Positions 57,343 through 64,000 of a DNA stretch of 64,000 nucleotides are shown here, one piece after another. The position numbers were made by a program, and so were the translations under genes. This DNA comes from Promethearchaeota archaeon (GTDB lineage Archaea > Asgardarchaeota > Lokiarchaeia > Sigyniarchaeales > SOKP01): the NCBI GenBank assembly GCA_019057795.1, contig JAHLWS010000069.1, positions 20,659 through 84,658 of the forward strand. The letters run 5' to 3'. Every line of letters starts with the position of its first letter. The stretch's first letter is position 1. Below the pieces are notes generated by a model. It worked only from the letters and a program-made list of their open reading frames with translations. It ran no database searches and was not told where the DNA came from.

Positions 57343-58353
57343 TTGTGCGATAAGAAATTAAATGTAGAAAAGATGGCTATTCATATGAAAAATTCGTTAT
57401 CATTTTTATTCATTGGACACATAGCTATCGACAGTATTATTCGATTTAAACAAAAACGAAAACCATCTTTAGGTGGAAGCGTTACTTTTGGCTCGTTAGG
57501 GCTTAGAAAGTATACAAAGTCAACGAAGATTGGTATTATCTCAAATTTAGGAACTTTAAATTTTGATAAATCGTTGTTAAAACATTTTGATAACAAGTCA
57601 ATAGATATTAGCGGTGTAAAATCGTTTGAGACCGAGAATACTAATTTTGTATTAGATTATTCAAATCATTCAAGAACACTAACCCTCAAATCTCGAAGTC
57701 CTAATCTAAGATTCGAAGATATACCTGAATTTTATAAAACAAACCTTCCGAATATTATCGTGTTAGTTCCTTTGTGTAATGAAGTTTCTTATGAATATGT
57801 ATCAAAAATATTAGTAGAATTTCCAAATGCTTTTATTGGAATTGATTTGCAAGGATTTATTAGAAATATTGATGACGATGGGAAAATATCTTACATCTCA
57901 GATGAAGTAATTATTGCTAACATGAAAAAAATAATTAGCTTAATAGGTGATCGATTAATTCTAAAAGGGTCTGAAATTGAAATGAAATTATTATCTGGTG
58001 AATCAGACCTACAAAAAGTAATGGAATCCTTTAAGAGATTTGAAAATAAAGCTATATTTATCATGACACTGGGAGAAGGAGGATCAATGATATTAAAGAA
58101 TGGAGAACAACTATTAAAAATCCCGGCTTTTAAACCAAAAACGGTTGTAGATGAAACTGGAGCAGGCGATGTATATCTAGCAATTTTTATATATGAACTA
58201 ATCAATTCTGATAAGTCATGGAAAGCGGTTGAAAGTGCAGGATACATCGCATCAGCGGCAGCATCTTTTTTGATTGAAAAGAAAGGCCCAACGGGAGTCG
58301 AAACGAAAAATAAAGTTTTAAAAAGGTTAGAAAATAAAAATTATATCAACTAA
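57343..58353 (+). CDS. PfkB/ribokinase-family carbohydrate kinase
   Basis: C-terminal signature VVDETGAGDVYLAIFI and N-terminal GG dipeptide region SLGGSVTFG. The start is uncertain (TTG in the track, ATG at 57373). Confidence 0.75.
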   Translation: MCDKKLNVEKMAIHMKNSLSFLFIGHIAIDSIIRFKQKRKPSLGGSVTFGSLGLRKYTKSTKIGIISNLGTLNFDKSLLKHFDNKSIDISGVKSFETENTNFVLDYSNHSRTLTLKSRSPNLRFEDIPEFYKTNLPNIIVLVPLCNEVSYEYVSKILVEFPNAFIGIDLQGFIRNIDDDGKISYISDEVIIANMKKIISLIGDRLILKGSEIEMKLLSGESDLQKVMESFKRFENKAIFIMTLGEGGSMILKNGEQLLKIPAFKPKTVVDETGAGDVYLAIFIYELINSDKSWKAVESAGYIASAAASFLIEKKGPTGVETKNKVLKRLENKNYIN

Positions 58354-58373
58354 TTCACTTTAAGTATAATAAC

Positions 58374-58967
58374 ATGCATATTAATTCACATTTTGCTGTA
58401 GGAATAATCTTTAGTTCAATATTGAATTACTTTTTCAATTTTTCTTTGTTTGAATATTTCCTCATCGTTTTACTTTCTTTTATCTGTGATTTCGACGTTT
58501 TATTTTCTCAATTTGCTAAAAATCATAATCACAGAATGCTTATTTCACATTCAATAATACCTAGTTTCTTTATCATCGTAATTGGAGTAATTACTAATTG
58601 GCCCGCATTGTTCTTCAGTGGTATCGCATATTCTACGCATATCGTTATAGATACTTTTGATTGGGGTACAAATTTTTTCTACTTTCAAAAAAAACAAGTT
58701 GGATTAAAACTATTAATATCAAAAGAAGAATTTAACAATCTTCCTAAATACTTGGCTAAATATAAAAAACCCGAATCCTTTTTTGATGAAAAATATTATA
58801 GTAGTAAGATTTGTTTAGGAATTGAAGTTATTTTATTTGTACTTATGGTAATATTTATGATTATTTTTGCGTTTCAATATATTTTTCTTATATTCATTTA
58901 TTTTATTTTTTTATGTTTCCATTTGTATAGACACTTTCGATTAACAAGAACTGAATCTTCAGATTAA
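58374..58967 (+). CDS. Membrane-bound metal-dependent hydrolase-like protein (DUF457/YdjM-like)
   Basis: Multi-TM protein with His-rich motifs (MHINSHF, ISHSIIP, STHIVIDTFDWG). Confidence 0.35.
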   Translation: MHINSHFAVGIIFSSILNYFFNFSLFEYFLIVLLSFICDFDVLFSQFAKNHNHRMLISHSIIPSFFIIVIGVITNWPALFFSGIAYSTHIVIDTFDWGTNFFYFQKKQVGLKLLISKEEFNNLPKYLAKYKKPESFFDEKYYSSKICLGIEVILFVLMVIFMIIFAFQYIFLIFIYFIFLCFHLYRHFRLTRTESSD

Positions 58968-59113
58968 TTTTAGTCAGAATATAATCGATTCCTACACCTT
59001 ATAAATTAAATGAAAAAAATTTAAGAGTTAAATGTTAGTTTTAAATTATATCCCACAAAGTGGATGCAAATTAAACTAACAACCTAAAAAATTTAATAAA
59101 AATGTGATCTTAT

Positions 59114-59551
59114 ATGTCTGAAGGAATGAAAACCAAAGTTGGATTGTCTTTAGAACAAGAAATGATATTCTCGTGCGACCTTGGGGATATGAAAGTAAAA
59201 GATTGCTATGTGGACGATACAAATAAGGATGAGGTTGACATGCTTGGCCCTAATCCTACAAGAATGTTAGGATTAGCCTTATTAGGATGTTTGAGCGCCA
59301 GTTTTATCTTTTGTTTAAAAAAAAGAAATCTTACTTTAGATGATTTGAAAGCTGAAGCAGAACTAACAATTACTCGAAACAAAAAAGGTTTCTGGAGAGT
59401 TAAAAAGATCGATGTCAATATTGATATTAAAATTAGCGATCCTGACACTCGTAAAAGAGCAGATCAATGTAGAAAGATGTTCGAAGAATACTGTATTGTA
59501 ACTCAAGCCGTTCGAGAAGGTATTGATGTTGAAGTGAACGTTAATTATTAA
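59114..59551 (+). CDS. OsmC/Ohr-family protein
   Basis: Two conserved Cys contexts: LALLGCLSASF and FEEYCIVTQAVREGIDVEV. About 145 aa. Confidence 0.65.
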   Translation: MSEGMKTKVGLSLEQEMIFSCDLGDMKVKDCYVDDTNKDEVDMLGPNPTRMLGLALLGCLSASFIFCLKKRNLTLDDLKAEAELTITRNKKGFWRVKKIDVNIDIKISDPDTRKRADQCRKMFEEYCIVTQAVREGIDVEVNVNY

Positions 59552-59628
59552 TTTTATTTATTATTTCTTTATAACTTTTTAAATGCGTGTATAAATTATT
59601 TTTTTGAATAATAAATTAAGTGCATAAT

Positions 59629-60642
59629 TTAATCGGTTATACCACCATCAGTTATTGAGAATACAGCTTCTCCTTCGGGTAAATGGGGTGCATCAACCAT
59701 TTTTGCTACTCTCTGTTCTCCTTTTCCCTTTCTTAAATAAATTCTTATCGTAGCACCGTGGGCCATAATATGTCCTCCAGTATGAGTTGTTGGGTTTCCA
59801 TAAAAAACATCAGGTTTTGAAGAAACTTGGTTTGTAATCATTATTGCCAACTCGTCAAATATTTCTGTTAACCTTAATAAATCATGTATGTGAGTGTTGA
59901 GTATTTGTTGTCGATTTGCCAAAGTGCCCCTCCCGACATATTCGCTTCGAAAGTGCCCAATTATTGAATCTACAACGATTAGTTTGATATTCTTTTCTTT
60001 AATTATCTTTGAAGCTTCTTGTGCTAGCAGGACTTGGTGATCAGAATTATAAGCTCTCCCAACAGTAATATTCCGTAAAACTTGATTATGATCTAAATCT
60101 TTTCCTTCGGCCATTTGGACTATTCTTTCAGGTCTAAAAGTTCCTTCCGAATCGATATAAAGGGCATTACCTTCAAGACCTCCTTCTTCGTAGGGTAATT
60201 GAACATTTACACAGAGTTGGTGCGCAATTTGGGTTTTTCCCGTCCTATATTCTCCATAAAACTCAGTTAAAGCACCCGGTTCAATCCCCCCTGCTAATAA
60301 TTCATCTAATGTATGACTACTTGTTGTTAACCGATTCAAATGCTTTCTTTTTTCCCATATAATGTCAGCGCTTTTAAATCCCATTTTTTCAATGTCTTGA
60401 GCAGCTTTAACAATTTTTTGAGCAGTTTTTTCTCCAATTCCTGCTTTCTCCATTAATTTAGCAATTGGATAAATTGCAAGATATTTGATCGAGATAATTC
60501 CTGCGTCCTTTAACTTTTTTATCGTAACATCTCCTACTCCCGGTAAATCCTTTAGTTCGTATTTTACATCCGTTTTTATTGCGTCTTCACTGCTATTTTC
60601 TTTTAAATCAACTTTTTTTTTTGCCATGATTTTACCAATCAC
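59629..60642 (-). CDS. radA: DNA repair and recombination protein RadA
   Basis: N-terminal HhH (LKDLPGVGDVTIKKLKDAGI), Walker A GEYRTGKTQ, Walker B LIVVDS, and C-terminal HGATIRIYLRKGKG. Confidence 0.95.
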   Translation of the reverse strand: MIGKIMAKKKVDLKENSSEDAIKTDVKYELKDLPGVGDVTIKKLKDAGIISIKYLAIYPIAKLMEKAGIGEKTAQKIVKAAQDIEKMGFKSADIIWEKRKHLNRLTTSSHTLDELLAGGIEPGALTEFYGEYRTGKTQIAHQLCVNVQLPYEEGGLEGNALYIDSEGTFRPERIVQMAEGKDLDHNQVLRNITVGRAYNSDHQVLLAQEASKIIKEKNIKLIVVDSIIGHFRSEYVGRGTLANRQQILNTHIHDLLRLTEIFDELAIMITNQVSSKPDVFYGNPTTHTGGHIMAHGATIRIYLRKGKGEQRVAKMVDAPHLPEGEAVFSITDGGITD

Positions 60643-60734
60643 AAAATTAGTTTAATTTAAATTATAATGTCAATAATGTATTGTCCAATATATATAAAAA
60701 TAATAACAAAAAAATAAAAAATATAAAGTTATTT

Positions 60735-61418
60735 TTATTTCTGAACTTCCTTGCCGCTCTTAGTTATTAGTAGTAGTAGAATAAATAATAGCACACTCAT
60801 AAGAAATGTCAATAATGCCATCGCTCCCGGCAACCAAACGAAGCTTAAATAGAGAAAAGGGGGGATAAATAAACCAATAACGATAATAAATACCGGTAAG
60901 GGCACGTCCTCACCCTTTAGATCTACGAGTAATGGAACAATTACTAATCCAATCAAAATAGATATTGTAACTCTAAAAGCAATCAATATGGTGGAGTTTA
61001 CCCAACTTTCAATTCCAAAAGTATCTGTGTAAGTGTCCGGTAAATAAAAAAACCAATATTCAGTAGTGTTAGTTTGCATTGCAGTAATAGAAACTGGTAA
61101 AATCGCAGTAAGAATTAATTGTATTATAATTGCTAAGACCAAGTATAAAACAATATCATTAATTTCCTTTTTCTCTTTTGTTACGCCATATAAATCTCGT
61201 AATAAACAGAAAATCCAAAGAATAAATAATACTAAATATACGCCAAGAGCATCAAATTGAAGAAACCATAAGACATTAATGGGTATTAGAGCCACGATGT
61301 ACGCTAGATAACCATATCTTTCGTTCCTTTTGAATAGATCGAAAAATAAAAAAATTCCATATATTATAAAAAGTGTAGCCACAATGATTGTAGCATTTAT
61401 TACTTCATATTCAGCCAC
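60735..61418 (-). CDS. Polytopic membrane protein (hypothetical, about 6-7 TM)
   Basis: Hydrophobic segments throughout, with no recognised motif. Confidence 0.5.
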   Translation of the reverse strand: MAEYEVINATIIVATLFIIYGIFLFFDLFKRNERYGYLAYIVALIPINVLWFLQFDALGVYLVLFILWIFCLLRDLYGVTKEKKEINDIVLYLVLAIIIQLILTAILPVSITAMQTNTTEYWFFYLPDTYTDTFGIESWVNSTILIAFRVTISILIGLVIVPLLVDLKGEDVPLPVFIIVIGLFIPPFLYLSFVWLPGAMALLTFLMSVLLFILLLLITKSGKEVQK

Positions 61419-61549
61419 TATTAAAACTTCCCTTTTAATTAATTATTTTAATTTTATTAATAAGTATATAACAACATATTATTTTAAATATAATTCCATT
61501 AGAAAGGATTTAAGTTTTAAAATAGTTTATTTTTTCTCCTTCTGATTTA

Positions 61550-62935
61550 TTATAGTTTCGAAATTATTTCAGATAACTCATTTACCATTTTTATTGATTT
61601 GTTCTTATCTTCTGACTCTGCCGATAACAGGATTGCATTTCTGTTTAAGGCTACTTTAATGTTTACATACACATCTTCACCAATAATTTTTAACTCATTT
61701 ATGATATCTTGGTACTTTAATTCGTGTTCATCGACGAATTCAATTAACCTATTATGAATGGTTTCTATGATTTCTGCTGGTACGGGTATTGTTTTATTAA
61801 CTTTTATCCCAGTAGGAAAACCAATTGTAAGAGAACTAATTAAATCTTTTTGGTGTGCCATTATTTCTAAAATTTTCAACAGAATATAATTTCCGTCTGA
61901 AAATGGTGCATAATGTGGAAAATAAAATTTAAGCGACTCAGAGGCGGCAAAACAAGCTCTCTCTTGTCTAATTTGCCTTGAAAGCTCTCCTGGATAATTC
62001 TCTACAAGTTTAGTTGGATGTCCACTTTCTTCTATAAAACCTTTAACGACGGGAGAAATCGAGGGTGTTAGAATAACCGTACTATTTCTAGATTTTTGAA
62101 TTCTCTCATCATGTGCAACAAATAACATTAATAAATTTTCATAGCTAATTTCTAATCCATTTTCATCCACTACTAATATCCTTGATCCATCGACGTCAAA
62201 ACACACTCCTAAATGGCTATTTGAGGCTTTTACGATGTCCGCAGTATTTTTTATGGTATTTATACTTGGGACGGGTACTAAAGATCTTTCCCGGTAATGA
62301 GTGTTTAGCGCAATTACTTCAACTCCTATTTCGTTAATTAATATTGGAGTAATATTTCCAGTTGGACTAAATGAGCAATCAACTACTATCTTTAAACGCG
62401 CTTCTTTTATTATTTTTTTATTAACAAATTGTTCTAATGATTTGATGTACACATCTTGAGTTTGAGGGATCGCAATTATGCGCCCTATCCTTCGCGGTTC
62501 TGCCCGCCTAATTTGCGCGGGGAAATTGCGGTATGAATCAATGATTTTTTTTATATCGACAAGGGACAATTCAATTCCTCCAGCATCTACAAATCTAATA
62601 CCCACATCTTCGCTATATAGATGTCCTCCTGAAAAATATGCCCCTCCACTTGCTCCAAATCTTCTAATCGTAAATTCTAATAAAGGAAATGTGCAACTGG
62701 AAAGATTTAAAACATTTACTCCTGTACTCATAACACCCGAAGTATATGCTCTTTTTAACATGCGGCTGTCGTTATGGTAATCGCGTCCAATTACGATTGT
62801 TTCATCTAATTGAAATGAACTTCCATGAATAGATCCAATAGAGCTGGCTATTTCAGGAGTAAATATATAATTTGCTCTTCCTACAATTCGTCCGTTTTTG
62901 TTCAGTTCATCTAGATTTTGGACGCGCGCACACAT
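61550..62935 (-). CDS. PGM/PMM-superfamily paralog with all four signature loops degenerate
   Basis: Four-domain length and overall collinearity are retained. FSGGHLYSEDVG replaces TASHNP, DVDGSR replaces DGDxDR, AASESL replaces GExSG, and LSAESED replaces RxSGTEP. Confidence 0.6.
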   Translation of the reverse strand: MCARVQNLDELNKNGRIVGRANYIFTPEIASSIGSIHGSSFQLDETIVIGRDYHNDSRMLKRAYTSGVMSTGVNVLNLSSCTFPLLEFTIRRFGASGGAYFSGGHLYSEDVGIRFVDAGGIELSLVDIKKIIDSYRNFPAQIRRAEPRRIGRIIAIPQTQDVYIKSLEQFVNKKIIKEARLKIVVDCSFSPTGNITPILINEIGVEVIALNTHYRERSLVPVPSINTIKNTADIVKASNSHLGVCFDVDGSRILVVDENGLEISYENLLMLFVAHDERIQKSRNSTVILTPSISPVVKGFIEESGHPTKLVENYPGELSRQIRQERACFAASESLKFYFPHYAPFSDGNYILLKILEIMAHQKDLISSLTIGFPTGIKVNKTIPVPAEIIETIHNRLIEFVDEHELKYQDIINELKIIGEDVYVNIKVALNRNAILLSAESEDKNKSIKMVNELSEIISKL

Positions 62936-63191
62936 TTCACATCATTATAATTTCGTTTTAAAAAAAATAATTAAAAAACTAATTAATATACCTAGTTTTG
63001 ATTTAATAACTTTAACTGTTAAAAATTAGGAATGATTTATGTTATTAAATATTATCAAAAAATTAGTAATTTCGAATTAGTTAAACTCGATTATCGCTCC
63101 CTTTTAGAATGAAATCTTTTAATAACTGTTCATTAGATAATTAATATTAACAGAAAATAAAAAAATTCTAAGGCAAAAAAGTGAAATACCT

Positions 63192-64000
63192 ATGAAAATT
63201 TCGAGAGATGCAAGAAATCGATATATATTTGATGAATTCAAATTTTCTGAAAATGGAAGTATTGAATTTGATGGTGATATACATTTAGTTAGATTATTTG
63301 TGCAGAAATTGAATCAAAAGAAAGACTTAGTAAATTATCCAGAAATGGCAATCCGAATAGGAGAATTTAACGGGATGGCCTTAATATATGAAATTAAAAA
63401 ATATTTGCTTGATTTGTATAAAGAAGAAACAAAGAATCCATCTTTAAACCGTGAACTTTTTGATTACTTGAAAAAAAGAATAGGGGCTCCTAAACTTAAT
63501 ATTGCAATTTACTCATTAATCGAAGAATTTCCTCCCGAAAGTATCTATCATCAAGAGAAAGTTGATATCGATCAATTCTTGAAAGAAAAAATTGATGGTG
63601 TTGAAAATGAAATCCAATTTGTTGAGGAATTTTTAAATCTATGGCTTGGAAATATAAACCCTTCTTTCTCACCATACATTGAACTCTTCGATGATGGTTT
63701 GCTAGAAAAGAAGACGGTATACAGGGAAATAATTAACGAAACAAAGGAATTTTTCAATGGTAAATCTAAATTTGGTCCAAATAATCAAAATTTAATTGAG
63801 ATGTTAAATGAGCCTACACTCAAATATCCACATTCAATTCGCGAACAATTAGAATATATACATGAGCATTGGGGCGAACAATTAGGGAAATATTTATTTA
63901 GAATCTTGGTCGCCATCGATATTATACGAGAAGAAGAGATGCTAAGAGGATTAGGACCTGGTAAGTCAAAAGCTTATGAATACGACATAATGGAGCTTGA
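63192..64000 (+). CDS. 5' part of a CDS running out of the window (hypothetical; possibly the N-terminal domain of a large alpha-amylase-family protein)
   Basis: I translated MKISRDARNRYIFDEFKFSENGSIEFDGDIHLVRLFVQKLNQKKDLVNYPEMAIRIGEFNGMALIYEI... from the ATG at 63192 and checked about 100 codons, finding no stop. I read the frame as open to the window edge, but the remainder was read less carefully. It is not in the supplied track, presumably because it has no stop. The functional guess is from memory only. Confidence 0.6.
   Translation, partial: MKISRDARNRYIFDEFKFSENGSIEFDGDIHLVRLFVQKLNQKKDLVNYPEMAIRIGEFNGMALIYEIKKYLLDLYKEETKNPSLNRELFDYLKKRIGAPKLNIAIYSLIEEFPPESIYHQEKVDIDQFLKEKIDGVENEIQFVEEFLNLWLGNINPSFSPYIELFDDGLLEKKTVYREIINETKEFFNGKSKFGPNNQNLIEMLNEPTLKYPHSIREQLEYIHEHWGEQLGKYLFRILVAIDIIREEEMLRGLGPGKSKAYEYDIMEL

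Noticed and set aside
61330-61545. 71-aa plus-strand ORF between the membrane protein gene and the PGM-like gene
   Set aside because: It overlaps the 5' end of the minus-strand membrane gene and then runs into an AT-rich intergenic spacer. There is no motif.
1-64000. CRISPR arrays, tRNA/rRNA genes, transposases/integrases, restriction-modification or other defence genes
   Set aside because: I saw no spaced repeat arrays, no GC-rich structured RNA islands in the intergenic regions and no recombinase-like ORFs. The only repeats are those described near 30.8 kb and 33.3 kb and the short tandem repeat at 2574..2594.

Overview
Strongly AT-rich, gene-dense archaeal chromosomal segment. The archaeal assignment rests on an A1AO/V-type ATPase operon, RadA recombinase, tRNA-splicing endonuclease EndA, an archaeal-type bifunctional GlmU and leaderless-looking TATA promoters. 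The composition and gene content would fit a low-GC Asgard/Lokiarchaeia-like lineage, but that is only an inference. I found no rRNA, tRNA, CRISPR array, transposase or integrase. From left to right the window holds: (1) a PadR/Phr-like regulator with hsp20; (2) HAD phosphatases; (3) purL-purQ-purS and purC; (4) a MazG-like protein and an alpha/beta hydrolase; (5) an FGGY kinase with a GlcD/GlcF-like oxidoreductase; (6) a UDP-GlcNAc cluster (glmM-like, nagB-like, glmS, an LbH protein, glmU-type); (7) an orphan MEDS-PAS histidine kinase; (8) a GH13 enzyme; (9) an amino-acid-metabolism island at 29.3-40.0 kb; (10) a VIT1-like and a DUF47-like gene; (11) an ATPase operon in the order K-C-H-F-E-A-B-D-I, followed by a membrane double zinc-ribbon gene and a second, diverged A-subunit paralog; (12) endA, two tandem Memo-family genes, a coiled-coil protein, a PfkB kinase, an OsmC-like protein, radA and a degenerate PGM/PMM-like paralog. 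The amino-acid island holds two paralogous 2-hydroxyacyl-CoA dehydratase loci. They bracket a Ddl-like ATP-grasp, a PLP racemase-like enzyme, a B12-binding/mutase-like protein and an opine dehydrogenase. Most of the window is ordinary core metabolism. The two items most worth follow-up are the island, which carries gene remnants and duplication footprints, and the ATPase operon with its extra A paralog bearing GER->GEP in the catalytic loop. All functional calls come from reading motifs by eye, because no database search was possible.
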